From NCBI GenBank assembly GCA_002633005.1, contig NMRA01001024.1, positions 18,966 to 68,938 of the forward strand: a stretch of 49,973 nt of DNA, read 5' to 3'. This document shows positions 35,001 through 44,025 of the stretch, piece by piece. Position numbers and translations under genes: made by a program. This stretch comes from Phoronis australis (Eukaryota; Animalia; Phoronida). The notes below the pieces were generated by a model. It saw nothing but the letters and a program-made list of their open reading frames with translations. It did not search any database and was not told the origin of the DNA. Numbering within the stretch: the stretch's first letter is position 1; each line of letters begins with the position of its first letter.

Positions 35001-37689
35001 CAAGCCACAACAAAAGCCAATACTTCAAAAGTACCCGTCTCCTCTTTCGCAGAGATAGAAGAACAGACCTGTGTACCGCCAAAACTGCATTGGAGTACCG
35101 GTACTCTTAACACCAGATTTGCAGACTTTTCAGTAAATTCGTAGATTTTCGCGTACAGACCACATTTACCCTAAAACACCGGGGGGTTGAATTTTTCGCA
35201 GTGGATCTTTCACTGACTAAAAAAAAACAACGGATTTGATCAGCATTCAGAGCTTTCGTCGAATTCTTGTCTCCTTAGTGGACTTTTTTCTCGTTTCCTC
35301 AGACTTTTGGTTTCTCTCAGTACCTTTTTGCACACATTGCCAGGGTATGCGCATGGGAACTTTTCCTACTTCCTTGCCCCTGAAACAGTTTCTAAAATAC
35401 GCGTACTGAATAGATCACCAATTTTCAGAATAATTTAAGTTGTTTAGCTGAGGGACAACGCGCTTAGTGAAAAGATCCTGTTAATCAATAGGAAATATCC
35501 TTTCTGAACTTAGTTATGTTAATACAGGCCTAATGCACACCTCACTTCTTAACACAAAAAAATATCTGCAAAAATGAGTAGATGAATCTGCACTGGACAA
35601 TGTTTTGTACTAGACGATATTTTCTTAACCATTCACAAAAGTTTTGAATAATTATTCATTGCAAGTGTCTCTGATCACGTACCACCGTACTGCATGCGAA
35701 AAGACCTCGAGGCTCGACTGTGCCTGTGGCTCAGGTATTATCGTCAGCTCAACATGCTACGAAGTCAGTGCAGTCACCATGTCAGCAAAAAATAACATGC
35801 TATACAACTTGCAGTATAAATTCCACGATCCCTTGAATAAGATACTGTCATTCTTTGGAATAACGTGGCAAAAACAGAAGTTCCCTTCTTTCAGAAGCTA
35901 CTTTCTTCATAGCTCGGAATACGCGACTATTTACGCTTTGCCATTTTGTCAACAGTACGTATTTAGCCGTAAATAGCTGGAATTAGACAAAGTAAGCAAT
36001 CTACAAATCACAGAAGTCGTTGCTTATAGGTTAGGCCTGTGGCACACATACCGATAGAAGAGGCCTCACGATTCGCCGATTATCGGGCTATTTCGAGAAT
36101 GAAATGAAGTTTTCCGAGTTTGTAGCTCAACTTTTTGGCTAAAAATAATGATTTTATAATACTTTTTTGAATTTCTAACTTTAAAATCTTGGCTTATTTA
36201 TTGAGAAACAAGCAATAATGATCTCTTATGAATTTGCTGAATTTGCGTATTTTTGCCTGGCTCTGCGTACTTGCGTACTGGTGGCTTGATTTCAATACGA
36301 ATCCGCATTTTTTGCATACAGTACACCGGTTTGGAAAAATATTGTATATCGAGAAGATTGACCTAATTTACAGACGAATATGCTGTTTCTGAATTAAAAG
36401 GGACAGGAAAAAACAATACAGCGCCTCATCCACCACGTCTTTTCTTGATGTAAGTAAGGAGCCCGCATTGAAATTTAATTTTACGTGTGAAAACTCTTAA
36501 TGCACCAAAAAAAAAATTGGCAAGGATCCAGAAAAAAAATGAAAGTCTATGAAAAGTAATTTTTTTTTTCAAATAGGGATAAGTACAACATCAGTGTGCG
36601 TAGCAACCGCAGGATAAGTGCCTGACTGACCAGCAGCATTCTGGGTAAATATTGCAGAATCAGATGGGGAACTGCGATGACATGAGAGAATTACACCGTT
36701 ACAGCCACTCATACTTCAGTATGCCTAGTCACCAGGGCAAGAAGTTTTAGTAGATGCAGCCACGGACATATTATAGTTAAAATGATAAAGGAAAGTCAGA
36801 GCCTGGTCAGTCTTAAAGCCGAAACTTTACTGACCCATCGCTGTTATTCAAATTTAGCATTCACAGGGTGCTCATTCATCTGAAGGGAAAGGTGCCTTCT
36901 GAAAGGGGATTTTTTTGGGGAGAGGGGGAAATTCTACTTTCCGATCAACATCAATAGAACCCTCGCAACCTGTTGCAAGCTCTCATAGGCAGTAGCCAAA
37001 ATTAACATCTTGTGCTCTTTCAAATTGTCACCTGTGTGGATTACAAGTGATTTGAACTTTGAGGGGAATTTTTCAATCACTTGAGGGGACTTTTTGGGAC
37101 TCGTGAGGGGAATTGCGCATGATTTCAGAAAAGAATAGGGCTGATATTTGGCCCCAGATTCAACGGATTGAAAGCCCCTGATTCAGACCTTGAACAGAAA
37201 CACTTGATGGCTAGTTTGAATCAGGACAGCTCACAAGATACTTGCGACAAGATATTTTTGCTTATGGCACAAAAACAGTCTTTTTATTCATGGCTTATCC
37301 CCAAAATTCAATATTTCAGCCTTACCGACCCAGCTATGTCAGTGCCGGCCATTTTACTAGGATATAAATAAGAACTGTGGAATGCATTCCTGTTGATCCT
37401 TTGAAAGAGTTAATACTCGGATAAACTTTTGACAGGGATGTGTGCTGAAGTTCTTTCAGTGGCTGGTCCTCAAAACTGAGCTAACGTTCCAAAGATTACT
37501 TGAACACTTATAGTAAAAATCAATGGCACTATTCCAGGACCTGTCAATACCTCCTTGTATAGCTTGAGTTGCTCTTTGCAGGAACAGCTGTTTCTCTGTT
37601 TCTGACAAAGCTGTGAAGTCTGTAACCCGACTCTCAATGAGTTGTTGTTGTACGGCATCTTGTAAATCACCAAGGAACTTTTCCCATTC
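19943..37689 (-). CDS. Multi-exon gene: TBC/Rab-GAP-like domain + coiled-coil protein (about 687 aa in 17 exons; 5' end unresolved)
   Basis: 17 GT-AG-bounded exons join in consistent phase without stops (2064 nt including TGA). TBC-like motifs LPDTLRKVSWRLFL and LFVGYLNMDTTMFVWDQY; E/K/R-rich coiled coil. Confidence 0.85.
20558..21076. mobile_element. Intronic MITE, Kolobok-like ends
   Basis: TCAA|GGTTA ... TAACC|TTAA; similarity to 2161-2400. Confidence 0.35.
21122..21213 (-). CDS. TBC-like gene exon
   Basis: tttcag|VAHGEGQEEG...KAAE|gtgagt; phase 1 to 0. Confidence 0.85.
21626..21720. repeat. 30-bp minisatellite, about 3 copies
   Basis: CAAAATGTCCGTATCTTGAACACGTAAGTC-like units, abutting an exon donor. 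Confidence 0.85.
21726..21880 (-). CDS. TBC-like gene exon
   Basis: ttttag|(S)NYLVPPPPTR...ESFNK|gtatgt; phase 2 to 1. Confidence 0.8.
22628..22677 (-). CDS. TBC-like gene exon (50 nt)
   Basis: ttttttgtag|VRPGSTISAISEISQI|gtgagc; phase 0 to 2, needed to keep the frame. Confidence 0.75.
23217..23309 (-). CDS. TBC-like gene exon (coiled coil)
   Basis: ttttctag|EKQKRKQAEMEAKDEIERLKLQLEALRPKPQ|gttctt; weak donor. Confidence 0.8.
23993..24083 (-). CDS. TBC-like gene exon (coiled coil)
   Basis: ttacag|EEEERVRKQADEQLKRK...QLEE|gtatga; phase 2 to 0. Confidence 0.85.
25111..25897 (+). pseudogene. Kolobok transposase 5' part (THAP zinc finger + CxxC..C..H zinc finger), truncated before the DDE domain
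   Basis: MPHCCCVPGC..HRFP..W..RV/CGMHF..LKKDAIPSV with TAG at 25177-25179 and frameshifts, then KFIVDLSKVLELFRRCQVC..C.AGH..W. Confidence 0.85.
25898..26204 (-). pseudogene. KolX (P2X7 C-terminal-like Cys-rich accessory protein) 5' fragment
   Basis: AAAATGGCT start; YMFEPE and RRGDTSWCKCTVCVVMPTSMECLCCSE. Truncated at the deletion junction. Confidence 0.8.
26695..26757 (-). CDS. TBC-like gene exon
   Basis: ttttag|QKQLAQDEEDKQRDIENKYR|gtgtgt; phase 2 to 2. Confidence 0.85.
26984..27089 (-). CDS. TBC-like gene exon
   Basis: attag|ADYPPWTHWHREAIPFR...ERE|gtgtgt; phase 1 to 2. Confidence 0.85.
27698..27851 (-). CDS. TBC-like gene exon
   Basis: ttttcag|PAAMETVIRNESPKL...LDPTQ|gtgagt; phase 0 to 1. 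Confidence 0.85.
28145..28290 (-). CDS. TBC-like gene exon (VWD motif)
   Basis: aacag|GYLNMDTTMFVWDQY...KTVDS|gtaaat; phase 1 to 0. Confidence 0.9.
28758..28850 (-). CDS. TBC-like gene exon
   Basis: tttttag|EKIVQTDASKRTLLEEGVKTLCRPLIRSLFV|gtaagg; phase 1 to 1. Confidence 0.85.
29900..30008 (-). CDS. TBC-like gene exon
   Basis: ttgcag|QDSEDLKSFCVAT...FTQSE|gtaagt; phase 0 to 1. Confidence 0.85.
31492..31591 (-). CDS. TBC-like gene exon
   Basis: tttttag|TQPASGKIVALLVEEFLTFMDSRPGFVTDSGSE|gtaaaa; phase 2 to 0. Confidence 0.85.
32377..32506 (-). CDS. TBC-like gene exon
   Basis: ctttag|GAFYAMKAVLSF...SPGIS|gtgggt; phase 1 to 2. Confidence 0.85.
33840..33968 (-). CDS. TBC-like gene exon
   Basis: acttag|VRKHYLDILSTNPRTAIS...KGSI|gtaaga; phase 1 to 1. 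Confidence 0.85.
34547..34807 (-). CDS. TBC-like gene exon
   Basis: cttcag|GKSYGDLFKR...LPDTLRKVSWRLFLNNGP|gtaagc; phase 1 to 1. Confidence 0.9.
37551..37689 (-). CDS. TBC-like gene exon
   Basis: cttcag|EWEKFLGDLQDAVQQQL...AIQG|gtattg; phase 0 to 1. Confidence 0.85.
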
Positions 37690-38105
37690 CTGAAGGAGCA
37701 AATTCATGCATTTATTTTTAATTACTCATCAATCTAGAGTCACATTCGCTTGGATGTATATTGCAGCCTTATGGAATGACTTGACCACAACTGAAAACCC
37801 AAACATGTCATCAGTGTATCAACATTCTCATTAGTGTACATTGTCTAATCCAAACCAATGCGCTGATGGTTAGTTGTCGTTACGGTAAGCGTAATTTAAA
37901 GCAGGAAGTACATTGTTCACGACAGTGTTCACCACACTCGATGAGAATGTTCATGTGACTCTTTGTAAAACTCGTGACACTCAAGTTACTGACTTTCCAA
38001 GAAAGCAGGTCAAAAGATGGTGTATCATCAGGTAATGTTTTTCCAGGGTAAACCCCCAAAATGTTTCCGATTTCGATATTTTTTTGCATTATGGTGGGGA
38101 CTAAC

Positions 38106-38137
38106 CTTGAATTTTGGATCTCTGAGTATTTTATCTT
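38106..38137 (-). CDS. Candidate upstream micro-exon of the TBC-like gene
   Basis: taacag|(E)DKILRDPKFK|gttagt ends in phase 0, compatible with the next exon. Its upstream partner exon was not identified. Confidence 0.4.
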
Positions 38138-38858
38138 CTGTTACATATTTGATTCTTCATTCACATTATTGTAAACAAAATGAATAGATTAGAAAATTGC
38201 AAAGTTCTCATTTCCATAAATCACTGGTCACCTAACCAAAAAAGTAACTTGTGATATGATGTCATAATCCTGGGGCGAGCAGAGTAAGAATGGCCACTTG
38301 CGGATTTGAGCAACTGAATGAAGGACTGCTACAAAATGAATATGGGAGTATTTGCTTGAATTGAAAGGAATTAAAGATATCGAAGACCTCCTAAGGTGTC
38401 CCTCTACCCACAAAAGGTACTTAATAGCACTGTAACTTCTACGGTTTAATCAGTGTGAGGCATAATTCGCTGAACATCTTCTGGTGTGCGAAGGCCCTAT
38501 AGGAGTACCACTGTCTCCACTGCTAAGCACAGACAGTGGCACTGTTTACATGTTTCCTAAGCAACATGTAGCCCATCGGTTGGCCGGTTTGGGGCTACAA
38601 TGCTTCCCATTGCTTTCTGTATTAATTTTGTTCCGTGTATTTGAAACGGGCGGTAGACAAAATCCGTTCAGCGTTTAATAGGTTTCACCTCGTTGAAAAT
38701 ATATTCTACACTTAAAACTATCACTTAAAGTCCTTCTCTCACGCGTTGTTAACCCTTATTACATGGTTATAAGATGTTAAAAGGATCCAAGAAGTACCTA
38801 CCCCCTAACTAATACACGATCCGTACTCGAAAACAGTTTAAATGAACGCGCCACTCAC

Positions 38859-38885
38859 GATTCGCACCCGAAGAAACACCGCCAT
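38859..38885 (-). CDS. Candidate first exon (coding or 5' UTR) of the TBC-like gene
   Basis: TCAAAATGGCG start context, 9 codons (MAVFLRVRI), then a GTGAGT donor in phase 0. Confidence 0.4.
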
Positions 38886-38912
38886 TTTGAACTTGCCGCG
38901 AACCCGGAAGTA
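38880..38912 (-). promoter_or_regulatory. Putative housekeeping promoter: YY1-like CGCCATTTT and ETS CCGGAAGT motifs
   Basis: CGCCATTTT at 38880-38888 and CCGGAAGT at 38904-38911, in a CpG-richer patch upstream of the gene. Confidence 0.5.
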
Positions 38913-39152
38913 CAATTGATTCAGGAACCCAGGCCGAGAAAACGCCGTTAGTGCGACTGGAGCAGTGCCTGTACTGTTACCAGCCAGCAAACGGGGATAA
39001 AAAATCAACAGCGCGCCTTAATTTTGATAAAATCAAACTACGGACAATTTTATGGAATTTGCTGAAGAAATATATGGCGAATAAATTTTGACAGAAATTA
39101 TTTTGCCAGACTCGGGACTGCAGCCTATCGGACCCGGTGCGGATCGAGACCA

Positions 39153-39770
39153 NNNNNNNNNNNNNNNNNNNNNNNNNNNNNNNNNNNNNNNNNNNNNNNN
39201 NNNNNNNNNNNNNNNNNNNNNNNNNNNNNNNNNNNNNNNNNNNNNNNNNNNNNNNNNNNNNNNNNNNNNNNNNNNNNNNNNNNNNNNNNNNNNNNNNNNN
39301 NNNNNNNNNNNNNNNNNNNNNNNNNNNNNNNNNNNNNNNNNNNNNNNNNNNNNNNNNNNNNNNNNNNNNNNNNNNNNNNNNNNNNNNNNNNNNNNNNNNN
39401 NNNNNNNNNNNNNNNNNNNNNNNNNNNNNNNNNNNNNNNNNNNNNNNNNNNNNNNNNNNNNNNNNNNNNNNNNNNNNNNNNNNNNNNNNNNNNNNNNNNN
39501 NNNNNNNNNNNNNNNNNNNNNNNNNNNNNNNNNNNNNNNNNNNNNNNNNNNNNNNNNNNNNNNNNNNNNNNNNNNNNNNNNNNNNNNNNNNNNNNNNNNN
39601 NNNNNNNNNNNNNNNNNNNNNNNNNNNNNNNNNNNNNNNNNNNNNNNNNNNNNNNNNNNNNNNNNNNNNNNNNNNNNNNNNNNNNNNNNNNNNNNNNNNN
39701 NNNNNNNNNNNNNNNNNNNNNNNNNNNNNNNNNNNNNNNNNNNNNNNNNNNNNNNNNNNNNNNNNNNNNN
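39153..39770. other. Assembly gap (618 N)
   Basis: Run of N. Confidence 1.
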
Positions 39771-40663
39771 AAGGAACTAAACACCAATGCTATTTTAACA
39801 TACTAAGTACGTGTAACATTCCAAAAAAAATCAACGACCACTAACTACAAACTATAAATACACTACATATGCAAACGAATCACGATATATTACTAATAAA
39901 ACAAAATAATGAAGACTTTTCGAGCAAGCCATAGCACATTCAGTTACAAGGAAAAAATGGCGGCATTCAGGACAAGTTCCTGAACTGATGAGCCGGAAAT
40001 ATGGGTACGGAAATAACCGATGACAACCGGTAATCATAGGCTCAGAGAGAAGGGTCAAATACTGTTAAAAAATCGTGAAAAGAATATAAAGAGAGGGTGT
40101 CGAAACTAAGAATTTATGTAGTAATTATTTTCGGATACTGGAACCCCATGGGCAGTTTGCAAGGACTTTAAAAAGCGCTTACTACCTTAAGTGGTCTTTC
40201 TACTTCTACACGTATCTTCGAGGAAGCATAGCTACTTGGCGAAGGATTCTAACTCCACTTTTTGGTCAACGTAAACTTTTTTACCGCGTACGCGATAACC
40301 ACAGAATATTTCAACTAAGTCACATGAGTTAGGCAAAGGCTTGCCCGAGGCTGAGCGAAGAGTGTGACGCCGGTGTGTGAAACTTGCAAAATAGCATGGG
40401 AAGATATCAGGTGAAATTTGTGTCCTTGCCCTTGGAGTTTTTATTCGTCAACATGCATGATTTCACGAAATTTCCTCAAAATGGCACCCGGTAAGAGCAA
40501 CTCAGGCAAACCGCAACAGATTTTCATGGATATATTCAAGTTATGCAGACTAAATTGTACCCAAAGTCATGGTATGTGTTAATTATAACTCCATGTGCCT
40601 ATATGCAACTTTCATTCGATTTCATTTGCTGTATTTTGAAAGCAGAAACATTTTATGGTGATG

Positions 40664-41497
40664 TACTGTCAGAGGTCCTAAAGTCTTGAGTGCCCTAAAG
40701 TCGTGAACGATCTTATTTCCACTTCTGCACGGTCCTGCAACATCTGGCGTTGAAGTTTCCAGTGTTCGTCTGCTTACGAACGTCAAACGAATACCCGGAC
40801 GTGTTCGTATTCACAATATGATACCAAACAGGTGAGTGAGTGGCTTCTTTTTTCAAATGTATCTTAAAAACAGCATAGTTCACTAATTCACTTTTTTTGT
40901 GCATGTTTGGGATATGTTTTCGAAAATATTTATCGTTCAGATTTACCCAAACACGCGCTCCAGGGGTAGCTTGAACAATGTATCAAAATATCCCAGGGTG
41001 GATCAAGTTTTGTAAGGCCAAAACAATAAAATACAGAGCGATAATTGATGCTGTGTTCTTAGCGTTTTACGTGAACAACCTCATTGAAAACGTCTGTGCA
41101 CATCAAAGTTGGGTGCAAAACATATAACAATTTATTTCAATTGAAACTGAATTAATAAACAATGCATTGCGTTTTTATTTCATCTAGCATGGTAGTTGAC
41201 TCGTGTCAAAGATTTTATAGTATAGTGTCTTTGCTTGTGTGGTTATAATTCGTACATTTCCGTCTAAACAAAACATTCACGACTTTAGGGCCTCATTCAA
41301 AACGGCCGGCGATATCAGCGACCATTTTAAAACTCTTCTTACGGATACAAACAAGGATTAAGACTGTCAAAACACGTATATTTGTGAAGGCTGATATATG
41401 CCCATGACATCACATGAGCAGTTGCTAACGGATATTGGGTAGTATGACAACCAACTGTTTATTATGCTTATATTCACGACTTTAGGTCACCGGTGTA
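40664..41497. mobile_element. Tc1/mariner-like non-autonomous element with IR/DR-type ends
   Basis: CCTAAAGTC(G/T)TGA at 40677 and 40694, inverted at 41276-41290 and 41473-41486. Right end GGTG|TA. Confidence 0.45.
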
Positions 41498-41589
41498 TAC
41501 AATCACACATGTATGCCTGCGGCACTCAGGGCGATGTTATTGCTTGTGTGTTGCTTAGATTGTCAAGACAATGATGTTTATTTACTGAA

Positions 41590-41660
41590 TGCAGAATGGT
41601 TAGCACACATGCCGGTTTTACATGCTTTATCGGGTCGCTGGTTCGATTCCAAGGTGAGGT
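41590..41660 (+). other. tRNA-derived remnant (SINE head or tRNA pseudogene)
   Basis: GCAGAATGGTTAGC A-box-like motif and perfect B-box GGTTCGATTCC. Confidence 0.4.
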
Positions 41661-44025
41661 AATCTCGGAAATTAGTATAACGTTTGCTAAACACAACAGT
41701 GAAATGCACATTTTACTTATTTACTTAGGCCTACTTACTTAGGCCTACAAATAGTTACCCTGGTTACAAAACTTTTCACTTTAAACCGAGATGCCTGTTT
41801 TGACCGACTTGCTTATTTGCCTTACATACACTGAGTTCCAGGTGTGATTCCTGGTAATGAAGTTACGTTTTACTCGTCGGCAACGACAGCTATGTCGGAC
41901 CTTCAGAGCACAACGTGATTAAAAACAACTTAACCCACCCTAGTCTTTGTAACGCTTCCTTTGCATCCTTCAAGCCACTTAGGAAAGCCCGGGACGGCCG
42001 CCATTGTCGCAAACCACTCAAACAAGCAAGACAACGTTTTGTTACAACTGTTAAGATTGGTTGAAATTTCAATCATTGACCAATCAAAAAAGTTTTGACA
42101 ATGAATCTTGGACAGCGCCACCTGTGGCATCATGTCTTCATGATCACTCGGGCGTGCAGGGCAGGGCGCTGGATCGAAGAGACCCGGCATGCTGAACATT
42201 GAATAAAAGTTTAAGAATGGAACTCCAATTTCGTTCTCGTGCTGATGTTGCTCAGCGGATATGTCGGTAGTTGATTGCAGTAGTTTGTTCCAGTGCTGTT
42301 TATTGCTGTGGTCTCGGTGTGGAATTTTCAAAAAAAGTTTAGCGCAGAACGAAAATTTACTCCGTCCTCAGTCAGTCACAATCCGGCCGACACTCCTCAG
42401 GCGTCTGGGCCGTCGAATTTCCTCTTAAGTTTCAAAAATTAAATTCCTTTCATATTTTTGGGAATTTTTTTGCGGTCCAGTGCCCCTAAACATTTTCGAA
42501 GAAGGATTATGTACTTGCGATCTAGCCCGGGGAAGCTGGGCTATACAGCCGCGTGGTCGTGGGGGCGGCCAGTCAGCATTCTCACCCCGGTACTGCGCCA
42601 AATGGACACACCCCCCCTTAAACCCGCCACTTGTTACGCCAGGTGGCCAAATTCATCATTGTATGTTAACAGCCTATGACTAGGCCCTACTAGAGAAATA
42701 CATTTTAACACCAGACCAATAACGTCACCTTTACTTTTAAAACTTTCCGTGCTCAGCTGGCTACGCCGTTTTTCTGAGCAGGATTTCATTACAGTCAATA
42801 GGAATCCCTTCATTAGCATTTGACGGTGTACAATTAGACCAGAAGAAAAACTTGAATAATTTAAATCATAAACAATTACTAGTTTGGCAGGTTACAAAAT
42901 GTATTTTTTAATTTAAAACAACACATTGATTACACATTAAGAAAGATATCAGGGAGTGCAACAACGAATTAACTCGACTGCCCTGCCAGTTCATTCGTTG
43001 TTGTACAGACTACATGAAAATGGTAGACATGTGTATAATTGGGCAAGCTCAGTCCGCAATTTATTGTCAATGTAGAGTTTCTATGATGTTTGGGTAAACC
43101 AAGGAGTCGCGTGTCTAGAGTCGTTTGTAAATATTTTCTCACAACGGATTAAGGACCGTGGTTTGCAAAGATGGCAGTCTGATGTTGATTCTAATGCTAA
43201 TAGCTATAGAAACAGTAACAACATATATATACAAATACGCAAACGTACGTTCATTAGCCATGGTGATAAATACAAAAGACGTTGAAAAATTTTCACAAGT
43301 AACGTAAACACGTATGTTGCTAAACTTGTCATATGTAATTTCATAACAAACACTCAGAAACTGAGTGTCCTTTATTCCCGTACAACACTGCAACATTATG
43401 ATTTTAACACCCAAAATCTGTTTTTGCCGTGAAATCGAATATGTCCCTTTGAAAGCGACTTCTTCCATACAATTTTTGTGCAGACTCACGAGATATCGTT
43501 GATTTTCAGGAGATGTTATTTGTCAATTCTTGGTGAGCTAATTCGCGGTCAAGCAAGTCTCGCCACTTGGAGATTAACTAGCTCCTAGCATTTCTTTTTT
43601 AAGCGAAGGGTTATTCTCGATTTTGCGTTTTCACAAATGTCTACGGAAGGGACTCTATGAAAACGTGCATCTGATAGATATTTCAATTGTTCTGTTCGGC
43701 GTCTCGTGTTCTTATATATCATTTCAAAGACGAAAAGTACATGACTGTCGGCTGAATACTACATCAATCTTCCGTATTATTGTACAGAGCAGAGATCCTT
43801 TGGAACCAGAAAACACTGTCCTAGTATTTGTCTGTGCTAAGAATGCCCTGTGTTTGGCTGTAGCTCAGCTTCCGTGGTAATGGTCCGCGCGTCGTACGCG
43901 TTTTTATTGTGCGCGACATATGTTCCGTAAGTCAGTATTAGATATACTTCGTGGTTAAGAGTTGTGAGGCAGACAGTAAGGTTTCAGTTTCTCCCCCTCC
44001 CCCGAAACATGTCCTAGGCGGCGTC

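Noticed and set aside
35067-36330. Possible intronic MITE with GCGTA subterminal repeats
   Set aside because: Only a 10/12 terminal match and no TSD; insufficient support.
36864-37180. CAGGG...CCCTG hAT-like MITE
   Set aside because: TIR is very short and there is no clean 8-bp TSD.
39088-39844. Three long ORFs in the ORF track
   Set aside because: Artefacts of translating the N gap.
39984-40015. Hammerhead-like CTGATGAGCCG..CGGAAA
   Set aside because: Stem II closing pair is not canonical and there are no flanking stems.
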